NCBI GenBank assembly: GCA_016699425.1
Contig: CP064975.1
Span: forward strand, 130,979-194,978
Source: Candidatus Moraniibacteriota bacterium
GTDB lineage: Bacteria; Patescibacteriota; Minisyncoccia; Moranbacterales; UBA1568
DNA length: 64,000 bases
Direction: 5' to 3'
The notes under the pieces are model-generated. The model made no database searches and was not told the origin of the DNA. It saw only the letters and a list, made by a program, of their open reading frames with translations. Shown here piece by piece: positions 19,297-27,186 of the stretch. Position numbers and translations under genes: made by a program. Within the stretch, counting starts at the first letter, position 1. Each line of letters starts with the position of its first letter.

Positions 19297-19511
19297 CTTG
19301 GTAAAAATACCAACAAAAAACACCGCTCCTCGCGGAGGGTGCTTTTATTGGTCACGTAGACCAAATAAGAAAGTCGTGGAATCAGATTATACCAGAGCTA
19401 AAGGAGTGGCAAACCCTTCAGAAGGAGGAAGTAGAATGCTCGGTATTGGCTTAATTACGCTTCCCCACTGCGGTCGCTAATCTACCCATAGGGAATAGAA
19501 ACGCCTAGAAA

Positions 19512-20222
19512 TCATCGACTTCTTAGTATCTCCTGTTTTTCAATCTTACTGGCTTCGGCGTTTTCTTCTAGTTCAGCGAGTATAATCTTCTTTTCTCGGT
19601 CAATTTCTTTCTTGTCTAGTTTTGGTCCTCTAGTCTTCAAGAAGACCGTCATTATTTTATTGCCTAGGGGTTTATCATACTTGATCTGTAAACGAACACG
19701 CGCCAGTAAAGTCACTATTTTATCCTGTAAGTGAATCAGAAAAGGTCGTAGCTGCTCATCAAGTGATCCAGCCAGCGATCCAACATTACTCCTGTAATCT
19801 TCTAGAGTTAGGTTCTTTTGAAGTAATGCTACACGAATCTCATCATACCCCTTTGATATATTCTCCACGTCATCATTTAACCTTCTTAAATCGTAGTGAT
19901 AAGCATAGAGTTCGTTCTTTAACGATAGATCGTACAGCATTTCGTAGTGAGATTTATCGATGGACAAGTAGCGCAGATGTTCAAAAGTAACATTATTTAT
20001 CTTGATAGCCGCTACAAACCGGCCTATTGTAAACAGATTATCTTGAATTACAGCCCCGTCTTCGAGGAGCTGCATCTCAAGACTTACTAAGGAGTTATAG
20101 TGTCTGACTTGTCTCTCATAAAGCTTTGTGAAGAACTCTGCTAGGCGCAAAAAAAGAAAAGCAAAAAAAGCTCCAGAAAATGCACTTATCATACTGAAAG
20201 CTATGTTGGATTCCATAGTCAA
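19512..20222 (-). CDS. Island cassette gene 4: hypothetical protein with N-terminal TM helix
   Basis: 236 aa, AT-rich codon usage, one N-terminal TM followed by a predicted coiled-coil/soluble domain. Its start overlaps the stop of the upstream gene by 4 nt. Confidence 0.55.
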   Translation of the reverse strand: MTMESNIAFSMISAFSGAFFAFLFLRLAEFFTKLYERQVRHYNSLVSLEMQLLEDGAVIQDNLFTIGRFVAAIKINNVTFEHLRYLSIDKSHYEMLYDLSLKNELYAYHYDLRRLNDDVENISKGYDEIRVALLQKNLTLEDYRSNVGSLAGSLDEQLRPFLIHLQDKIVTLLARVRLQIKYDKPLGNKIMTVFLKTRGPKLDKKEIDREKKIILAELEENAEASKIEKQEILRSR

Positions 20223-20497
20223 TCCCGTGTCTCTTTACAAATATATAGCCCCAGTTCTTTATCTTGGATCTTACACTTATAACCACATTCAAAAGTAGCA
20301 TTAGGTAAAGAGCGCTTAGAAAATTCGAAGCCCGCCAGACATTCTTCGAAAGACTCGTAAGAGTCTATGGCTTTGATAGCTTCTTCTGCTAACTCGCCAT
20401 TCGGATATACGAACAAAGACCATCTATCCTTCTGCAGGAAAGAAATTAAGAACCCTACGCCAATGACGATAAAGGCTACAACAAAAAACTTTTGCAT
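20219..20497 (-). CDS. Island cassette gene 3: small Cys-containing membrane-anchored protein (92 aa)
   Basis: N-terminal TM (FFVVAFIVIGVGFLISF) followed by a small domain with four Cys. Translationally coupled to its neighbours. Confidence 0.5.
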   Translation of the reverse strand: MQKFFVVAFIVIGVGFLISFLQKDRWSLFVYPNGELAEEAIKAIDSYESFEECLAGFEFSKRSLPNATFECGYKCKIQDKELGLYICKETRD

Positions 20498-20509
20498 AGA
20501 AGAAGGCTC

Positions 20510-20692
20510 TTAGCAGGCGGTAGTATAAGTAGATACCTCACCCTCCTTAATCTCAAGGGCTATTCGTCTTAACTCGGTAATCTCTTCTGCCTCTTCTCTT
20601 GTTACCTCTTCGGAAACTGCAGTATCTCTAAGGCTATCTTCCTTAGTTACCTCATCAAGTTTAGTGAATATGATACTAAAGTCTCTACTCAT
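20510..20692 (-). CDS. Island cassette gene 2: small acidic protein (60 aa)
   Basis: Glu-rich 60-aa ORF whose start overlaps the protease gene stop (ATGA). Confidence 0.4.
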   Translation of the reverse strand: MSRDFSIIFTKLDEVTKEDSLRDTAVSEEVTREEAEEITELRRIALEIKEGEVSTYTTAC

Positions 20693-21843
20693 ACGATTTT
20701 CTTTTTTGTTTGTGATTCTAGTTGCTGACGTAAATTACCCAGATCAATTTCTTTCTTACACGAAGGACACTTAATTTTATTGTCTGCTGGAAACTCTATA
20801 GTTCCAGCCTCCAGAGGCCTTTTCTGATCGAAGTCCACTTGAATTTTTGAAGTGTGATTACAGTTCTGGCACTTAGCTTCGACAACTGCTCCGTTTGCTT
20901 GAGCCGGATTAACGTTTGTATTTTGAGCTAAGAACCGATAAATCTGAGAATCTACTGTTTCGATTACCTTGTATATACTCGTTGAACTAAAGGTCATTTC
21001 TAGCAGGGTATAGTACCTTAGAATAGCTTCTTCTAATTCGGTCCCGGTGTAATCATTTATCTTCAGCTTCATTGAAGCTAAGTCTTGTATCTTGAGAGAC
21101 TTAGCGTGAGTTTTCCATCTAGAATGGTCGCTCAGACTTTTAGCAATCTCCTCAGCTCTTTTTTCCTTCTCTTCAGGTGTTACGGGTCGTCCGTCAGAAG
21201 AATGTGTCGTCCAGTCTTTGAACTTATATTTAACTAACCACTCCTTCACTAAAACTCGAGCAAACTCCATAGCATTCTGAGCGTTTTGAAGTTCTCCTGG
21301 AGATATATTCTGGAGAATAGGAACGTAGGCACGATTCAATATACCTGTTTCCAAGACTTCTTTCTTAATCTTTTCCATCCCTTCTAATAAAGCATCTGCA
21401 GAGAATTGCTTATTCTGGGCAAGCATTTGAGCATCAATTGGCCCAAGGCTGGATAGCGATCCCATTAATATTTCGTCTCCAGAAAGAGCGATGATGGTTC
21501 CGGCGCTTTTTGCGTAGCCAGGGATAATAACGGACACCTCTTCATACTTCCCTCGCAATAATCGGACAATATCTTCTGCCACCTCGCCAGAACCACCGGG
21601 AGTTTCTAAAATAAGATCAAGCTTTTTACCTTTTAGATTTGAAAGCTGATCACTTACTGGTAATAGATCAGCATAGCCAATAGCTATAAGGTTGGTTTGC
21701 TTGTTAAGATCGGCAGCATACACTAAAACATCCCTATTCCCTCTAAGGCTAGATATTTTTTGCAATTGCTTCTTCCTTTCCAGAGAAAGAGCCTCTAGGT
21801 TGGAAGCAATATTCATATTCAGATATTCGCTATAGTAGCCCAT
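20689..21843 (-). CDS. Island cassette gene 1: ClpP/S49-fold serine peptidase (SDH/prohead-protease-like) fused to a C-terminal CxxC...CxxC zinc ribbon
   Basis: LDLILETPGGSGEVAEDIVRLL...IIPGYAKSAGTIIALSGDEILMG matches the ClpP/SppA-type nucleophile context. The C-terminus has CQNC...CPSC. Confidence 0.6.
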   Translation of the reverse strand: MGYYSEYLNMNIASNLEALSLERKKQLQKISSLRGNRDVLVYAADLNKQTNLIAIGYADLLPVSDQLSNLKGKKLDLILETPGGSGEVAEDIVRLLRGKYEEVSVIIPGYAKSAGTIIALSGDEILMGSLSSLGPIDAQMLAQNKQFSADALLEGMEKIKKEVLETGILNRAYVPILQNISPGELQNAQNAMEFARVLVKEWLVKYKFKDWTTHSSDGRPVTPEEKEKRAEEIAKSLSDHSRWKTHAKSLKIQDLASMKLKINDYTGTELEEAILRYYTLLEMTFSSTSIYKVIETVDSQIYRFLAQNTNVNPAQANGAVVEAKCQNCNHTSKIQVDFDQKRPLEAGTIEFPADNKIKCPSCKKEIDLGNLRQQLESQTKKKIV

Positions 21844-22239
21844 TCTGATTTCTTTAAGTCAAGTTGATTTTAGCACTTTTTAAGCATCTAAAAAATAGAT
21901 TAAATTATCATTGAAATCATAGGCTTTGTAAAGTCATTTTTCAAAAACTGAAAAAATTATGGGGGACGTATTATACCGTATATCAGAGATCTGTTTTTAA
22001 TCCACCCCCCTCACCCCTGTAGCTCCTGTGGAATTTGAATGATCCAAAAAACCAGTTTTTTAATTAAAGAAATGGGGAGGATGTATTAGCTAAGATCTAA
22101 TCGCTAGGCCCATAACAAAGAAGTTACCTAGCAAAAGGATAAAGGCCCTGATATAAAGCTTCTTTAACAATTACTACTCTAACCTTGAACGCAGAAGCAA
22201 GCGAACACATAAACGCTTGAAGCGAACTCTGTTTCGCTT

Positions 22240-22386
22240 CTAGTTATTGTCCTTAGACACTCTTTTTCTTTCTTCTAACCAGTGGCATACAAGCCAAATA
22301 CCACCAATGATAAGCGTCAGTAAGCCTACGACGCGCAAGAGGTTGTCAAACCATACCGAGAAACTAACGGTCCCTAGTTCTTCCAT
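22240..22386 (-). CDS. Candidate 48-aa hydrophobic peptide (MEELGTVSFSVWFDNLLRVVGLLTLIIGGIWLVCHWLEERKRVSKDNN) in the island non-coding spacer
   Basis: ORF found by hand (below the 60-aa cut-off of the ORF track) with a single TM helix. No clear SD. Confidence 0.2.
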   Translation of the reverse strand: MEELGTVSFSVWFDNLLRVVGLLTLIIGGIWLVCHWLEERKRVSKDNN

Positions 22387-22622
22387 AAACAGTACTTAAT
22401 GCTTAGGCTCTCCACATCGGACGCAAAACAAAAGGACGCCCGACTGGTTAGCCACGTTCGGTGTCCTTGCGGAAGCCTACTTATGACGTCGAGCGCCCCT
22501 TTCAGGCCACAAATAGGCCAAAAAAGACGCAAAGACGTCTAATTTCCGCAAAAACACAACGTAGCTAACCACCTTGATATTATCTTTTAAAAAGTCTTAA
22601 ATCAAGGTTAGGGGGATTTCTT

Positions 22623-23264
22623 ATGAGAATGAGTATGATACTGGACACCAGGAAAGCTTTTAATGCTGGCCGTTTTCAAAGCCAAGAGGAGTTCCTTGCC
22701 TTTCTGCTCGGCGATACACTGTACGAGCACAGAAATATTTATTTTCAATGCGATAGCCAGATCTATTATTCTATTGAGGAGAGCCTACGTGATAAAGAAA
22801 GGAAGAGATGTTTCCGCGTGGAAGTCTCTAGGCTAGAGGGCTATACCGGATATTTTTTTCTGACAAATATCAGCAGAACAGCCCTAGAGAAGAATGATTC
22901 CGAATGGCCGAAAGCAAAGATTAATCGAAGCCTGAAAAACGAGGCTCTAATGTTTGATACAGAAAAGTCATTGATCGCGGGGAAGACTGCCGTTAGTAAA
23001 ATCAAACCTAATACTAAGGAGAATGGGCTTTGCGTCTTTTTGTTTAAGCAGAAGACAGACCACTTTGTTGATTGGTCTCTCTTTATGGAGCACTGCACTG
23101 GGAGTGAGTACAATATGACAAAAGATGACAAAGCAAAAAATAACAGTGACAAGAAGATGATTAAAGATACTATCGATCGAATAAACAAAAGGGTTCAGAA
23201 GGACTTTGATGTAACGGATGAACTGTTTCAGTTCGAGAGAAATTGTATCAAAAGAAACTTTTAG
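22623..23264 (+). CDS. Island hypothetical protein (213 aa)
   Basis: AT-rich ORF upstream of and co-directional with the recombinase. No motif recognised. Confidence 0.5.
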   Translation: MRMSMILDTRKAFNAGRFQSQEEFLAFLLGDTLYEHRNIYFQCDSQIYYSIEESLRDKERKRCFRVEVSRLEGYTGYFFLTNISRTALEKNDSEWPKAKINRSLKNEALMFDTEKSLIAGKTAVSKIKPNTKENGLCVFLFKQKTDHFVDWSLFMEHCTGSEYNMTKDDKAKNNSDKKMIKDTIDRINKRVQKDFDVTDELFQFERNCIKRNF

Positions 23265-23343
23265 ATAAGCCAAAAATCTTTTGTCGGAAGTGAGTCACGG
23301 GGGTAAGGCGTAGAGTTGGGGCATAAAACCTCAACTCTTTTTT

Positions 23344-23583
23344 ATGCAGGACAATCACTTTTCTACTTCTGACTTTTACCTAGCCGCCTATTGTGTCGCC
23401 CAAGGGATGAAGATAGCAGGTATCAGCCGGAGCGGATCCGGTAAGGCAACTTTTCTTTTGGAGGGTGCGCCAAAAGGAAGAGAACTAATGAAAGAGTTCT
23501 TATTTAGTGACCCGAATGTAGAGGCCAAGCGTTTTGTTTCGGCAATCAAGGAACTGAAGCAATTACTTTATTCGGTAGCGTAG
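23344..23583 (+). CDS. Island small protein (79 aa), possible recombinase accessory or directionality factor
   Basis: Small basic protein immediately upstream of the serine recombinase. The functional call rests on position only. Confidence 0.35.
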   Translation: MQDNHFSTSDFYLAAYCVAQGMKIAGISRSGSGKATFLLEGAPKGRELMKEFLFSDPNVEAKRFVSAIKELKQLLYSVA

Positions 23584-23587
23584 CGTG

Positions 23588-23764
23588 ATGATCTCCATTG
23601 AAAGATGCCGACAACTAGTACCTGATCTCAAAAATCTCTCTGATGAAGAGGTTATTGAGATTAGAGAGAATCTCTATGAGGCAGGCTTGCTTGCTTTAGA
23701 GGTTTGGGCCGAAGAGAATAGTGGTTCCAAAAATCCCCCTTGGGTATTGCCCGCCAGGCCTTAA
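23588..23764 (+). CDS. Island small protein (58 aa; MISIERCRQLVPDLKNLSDEEVIEIRENLYEAGLLALEVW...)
   Basis: Hand-found ORF between the 79-aa gene and the recombinase. It is acidic, helical and tightly packed against its neighbours. Confidence 0.3.
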   Translation: MISIERCRQLVPDLKNLSDEEVIEIRENLYEAGLLALEVWAEENSGSKNPPWVLPARP

Positions 23765-23788
23765 GGAGTACCATAGTAGTAAACAAAA

Positions 23789-25312
23789 ATGAGTATGAAA
23801 AGTTCTGATACAAAAACTGGGATTATATACTGCCGAGTGTCTTCACTGGAGCAAGTGGAGGGCACAAGTCTTGGAACGCAGGAGAAGATCTGTCGCGAAT
23901 ACGCCAACAAAGAAGAGATCAAAATCCTTAAGGTATTTGTAGAAAAAGGAGAATCTGCAAAAACAGCTAATAGAACAGAGTTTAATAAAGCCATCGCTTT
24001 TTGTGCAGACAAGAAGAATCAAACAACTTTCTTCATTGTTCACAAAGTAGATAGGTTTGCGCGTAACCAGGACGATCACGCCATTGTAAGGAGTAGCTTA
24101 AAACGTCTAGGTGTTGAGCTAAGATCAGCGACCGAGCCAATCGATGAGACTCCTATGGGGCGTTTTATGGAAGGGGTCTTGTCGGCCACTGCAGAGTTTG
24201 ATAATAGTGTCCGTTCAATTCGTACCACACAAGGTATGAAAGAACGTCTCAAAAATGGCATCTGGGTATGGCAAGCCCCACTTGGGTACCACAGACCCTA
24301 CAGGGGTTCAAATCTCTTTCCTGAACCAAATATAGCCCCTCTCATTAAGCTAGGGTTTGAGGAATACTCAAAAGGAACCTACACCTACGAAAAGCTTGCC
24401 TTGTTTCTTTCTGAAAGGGGTCTTAGATCTAGAGCCGGAAAAGCTATCACTCCTCAGTTAATGGAGAAAATCATAAAGAACCCTCTCTATTGTGGAGTCA
24501 TCAAAACCTGGGGTGAGTCCGAGGGAGCTTTCGAGCCCATCATATCGAAGGAGTTATTTTTCAAGTGCCAGCCGGAAGGCATAAGATCAGCACAACCGAA
24601 TCCGCGCTCACTCAATAACCCTCTTTTTCCGTTAAGGCGTTTCATACAGTGTAGCAACTGCGAAACACCTCTTACAGGTAGTACGTCGAAAGGCAGGGAC
24701 GGGAAAGGGTATCCATACTATCATCATCACCATAAGGGCTGTGAGGAGGCTAAATCTGTACCCAAAGAAGCTTTCGAGCAGCTCTTCATCCAATTTTTAG
24801 ATGATATTTCTCCGGATGCAAAGTATGAGAAGCTTTTCAAGGCTATTGTTCTGGATATTTGGAAGAATAACTATAAGAGAATTGATGAGGAAAATGCCAA
24901 AATAAATAGAGCTGTTACTGCTTTAGAGAAGGATAGACAAAAAATCTTTGATCTCCATCGTTCTGGAAAGTATTCCGATGAAGACTTTGATGAGCAAAGG
25001 AAACTAATCTCTGTAAAGATAAATCAGAAACGACTCCTACTAAGGGAGAAATGGGATGAAGAGTTTGAAATGGAAAAAGTTTTAGACTACTGCTTTATCT
25101 ATGTTCGAAACAGTGCTGAGGCGTGGAAGAAGGCCCGGTATGAACGAAGAATAAGACTACAGAAGCTAGTCTTCGCCGGAAGGATAGATTATGACGGAAA
25201 GAAACTTGGAACCACCGAATTACGGCAGATCTATCGGATAAATCAGGCATACCAGTCTGATAAATCCTCTTTAGTAGCCCCAAGGGGAATCGAACCCCTC
25301 TTACCAGGATGA
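23789..25312 (+). CDS. Large serine recombinase (integrase)
   Basis: N-terminal resolvase catalytic domain (IIYCRVSSLEQ with the catalytic Ser, KVDRFARN), a recombinase domain and a C-terminal Zn-ribbon region (CSNCETPL...HHHHKGC). The last 38 nt are tRNA-Glu sequence. Confidence 0.85.
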   Translation: MSMKSSDTKTGIIYCRVSSLEQVEGTSLGTQEKICREYANKEEIKILKVFVEKGESAKTANRTEFNKAIAFCADKKNQTTFFIVHKVDRFARNQDDHAIVRSSLKRLGVELRSATEPIDETPMGRFMEGVLSATAEFDNSVRSIRTTQGMKERLKNGIWVWQAPLGYHRPYRGSNLFPEPNIAPLIKLGFEEYSKGTYTYEKLALFLSERGLRSRAGKAITPQLMEKIIKNPLYCGVIKTWGESEGAFEPIISKELFFKCQPEGIRSAQPNPRSLNNPLFPLRRFIQCSNCETPLTGSTSKGRDGKGYPYYHHHHKGCEEAKSVPKEAFEQLFIQFLDDISPDAKYEKLFKAIVLDIWKNNYKRIDEENAKINRAVTALEKDRQKIFDLHRSGKYSDEDFDEQRKLISVKINQKRLLLREKWDEEFEMEKVLDYCFIYVRNSAEAWKKARYERRIRLQKLVFAGRIDYDGKKLGTTELRQIYRINQAYQSDKSSLVAPRGIEPLLPG

Positions 25313-25346
25313 AAACCTGGCGTCCTAACCGATAGACGATGGGGCC
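25275..25346 (-). tRNA. tRNA-Glu (anticodon TTC); its 3' end is overlapped by the serine recombinase ORF
   Basis: Acceptor GGCCCCA/TGGGGCT, D-arm GTCT-ATCGGTTA-GGAC, anticodon stem CCAGG/CCTGG, loop TTTTCAT, T-arm AGGGG-TTCGATT-CCCCT. Confidence 0.8.
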
Positions 25347-25554
25347 GTCCTGCGCTAAAGCTTCGGAACGGCAAGCCTTCAATAGAGACGAAAAAAGCCT
25401 CTAGAAAGGCATGGCTACTGTATCATACGGGATGATTTTGGCAAGCCACTAAGAGCGATGAGAGAGCAGAGTTGACAGCAATCGTATACCGTGATACACT
25501 CCACAAGTTATTTTGGTTCCTTTTTCAACAGCAAGACCTCAAGGGGGGTAGAAG

Positions 25555-25797
25555 ATGCAGGAAATAATTCAGCAGGTGAACCAGCTGGCGATGCTGGTCG
25601 GCTACGGGGTTTTCGTAGCGGGTGCCGGGTACATCGCCTGGCAGGCAAATCGAGCCTTGGCTCGCCGCCGTAAGAGGAGGCTTGCCAGTGCTCCGCTGGA
25701 AACAGTACTCTTCAACCCGTTCGGAGAGCAAGAAATTCCTCTCGGGACCGAAAGCTGGGGAGCGGCGGCTGCAATGCAGAGCCAGACGAACAACTAA
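25555..25797 (+). CDS. Small membrane protein (80 aa)
   Basis: SD AAGGGGGGTAGAAG upstream of the ATG. One TM helix (LAMLVGYGVFVAGAGYIAW) and a basic stretch. Confidence 0.45.
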   Translation: MQEIIQQVNQLAMLVGYGVFVAGAGYIAWQANRALARRRKRRLASAPLETVLFNPFGEQEIPLGTESWGAAAAMQSQTNN

Positions 25798-25875
25798 ACG
25801 CCAGTCAGAACTAGAAGGCTGGCAAGACAAAGATCCCTGCTACGCATTGCGCGGCAGGGGTCTTCACTTTTTTAC

Positions 25876-27117
25876 TCAATTTTCCGCGCGGTATTTTGTG
25901 ATGAGATCAGCGTAGAGCCGGGCGCTCGGGCGGATGGTGCGTTTCTGGGTGATGCGGTCGACATGGACGAGGCCAAATTTCAACCAATAGCCCTTGTCCC
26001 ATTCGAAATTGTCGAGGAGCGACCAATAGAAGTATCCACGGACATCGACACCGTCATGGATCGCACGCTCCATTGCAGTCAGCGCGGCGGGGATGAACTT
26101 CTGGCGCAGTTCATCGCTTGCATCAGCGATACCATTTTCTGTCACATAGATCGGCTTGCCATATGACTTCAATTCGACGAGGGCGTGGTAGAGCGACTCT
26201 GGATAGTATTCCCAGCCGAAGTCGGTCTGGATTTTGTTTTCATTTTGGTCGAACCAGCCGTCGATGCGGTGGTGATTGTAGTGATTGAGCCCGATGAAAT
26301 CTTGCTCAGCGTCAATCTTGTTGAGGAACCAATGATTCCAAAGCTGATCAGCAACTTTCTTGAGCAGGCGGTTCCACATCGTACTGCCTGCTGCTTCGAA
26401 CCAGATATTATGTTTGGCGATACCGACTTCGGCGTGTGGGAAGTGGTTCTTGATGGTTCGGTAGGCGAGCCGGTGGGCACGGATCAGGTTGCGGAGGACA
26501 GCGAAATACAAAATTGGATTTCTTCGTTGCGGAGGCCAAGCGCCTTTCAGATACCCATGTGAGGCGACGACATCGGGCTCATTGAGCGTGACCCAATACC
26601 GTACGTCATTACCGAAAGCCAAAACCATTTTTTCAACGAAATATTCGAAGTAACATGGAAAATTTTTTGCGGCAATTCCACCCTCTTTGGAGAGCCAGAG
26701 CGGGAGTGTCCAATGCCAAAGGGTGACGAAGGGCTCGATACCTCGGGCGCGGAGAGCCTGAATCATTTGTCGGTAATGTTCGATGGCGGCTTCATCAAAT
26801 TTCCCCATTTCTGGTTCAATACGCGACCATTCGATGGAAAAACGATAAGCACTGAGGTTGAGTGATTTCAGAATGTCGAAATCCTCCCTGTACCGATTCC
26901 AGTGATCGCAGGCGGTGCCGGAGATATAGTTGGCCGGATCGGTCGCTTCAGACTCGAATTTTTTCCAATGCGGATTCCATCGGAAAGACGCCTCTGACTC
27001 GCGAGCCAGTCGGTTGGCATTCTGTTTCTCCCACTCGCTCCAGTCATTGTGCTGGCCGCCTTCGACTTGATGCGCTGCAGTCGCAGCACCCCAGAGAAAG
27101 CCTTTTGGAAACGGCAT
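25876..27117 (-). CDS. Beta-glucosidase, glycoside hydrolase family 1
   Basis: GH1 signatures: FLWGAATAAHQVEG N-terminus, the acid/base TLNEP motif and the nucleophile YVTENG motif. Confidence 0.9.
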   Translation of the reverse strand: MPFPKGFLWGAATAAHQVEGGQHNDWSEWEKQNANRLARESEASFRWNPHWKKFESEATDPANYISGTACDHWNRYREDFDILKSLNLSAYRFSIEWSRIEPEMGKFDEAAIEHYRQMIQALRARGIEPFVTLWHWTLPLWLSKEGGIAAKNFPCYFEYFVEKMVLAFGNDVRYWVTLNEPDVVASHGYLKGAWPPQRRNPILYFAVLRNLIRAHRLAYRTIKNHFPHAEVGIAKHNIWFEAAGSTMWNRLLKKVADQLWNHWFLNKIDAEQDFIGLNHYNHHRIDGWFDQNENKIQTDFGWEYYPESLYHALVELKSYGKPIYVTENGIADASDELRQKFIPAALTAMERAIHDGVDVRGYFYWSLLDNFEWDKGYWLKFGLVHVDRITQKRTIRPSARLYADLITKYRAEN

Positions 27118-27186
27118 AGGAAGGGTTGCTTTGGAGGATTATTGCTGCTATCATACCACGTCTGTCTGCACCTTTTGACGTATACT

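Larger units (their letters stand above)
19153..25290. mobile_element. ~6.1-kb low-GC integrative island inserted in the 3' end of tRNA-Glu(TTC). It is bounded by a 15-25-nt direct repeat of the tRNA 3' end and carries a large serine recombinase.
   Basis: GTAGCCCCAAGGGGA occurs at 19153-19167 and at 25274-25288, and similarity continues degenerately for about 10 more nt. The interior is strongly AT-rich relative to its flanks. The recombinase gene abuts and overlaps the tRNA. Confidence 0.65.

Noticed and set aside
19063-19480. ORFs 19063..19359, 19077..19364 and 19121..19480 at the left island boundary
   Set aside because: The region consists of tRNA-Glu-derived fragments and att-like repeats. 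The ORFs overlap on both strands and have no SD and implausible products.
27049-27186. Upstream extension of the GT2 ORF, starting at 27049
   Set aside because: It would overlap the 5' end of the divergent GH1 gene by about 70 nt. The Met at 27187 precedes the first TM segment and gives a sensible intergenic gap.
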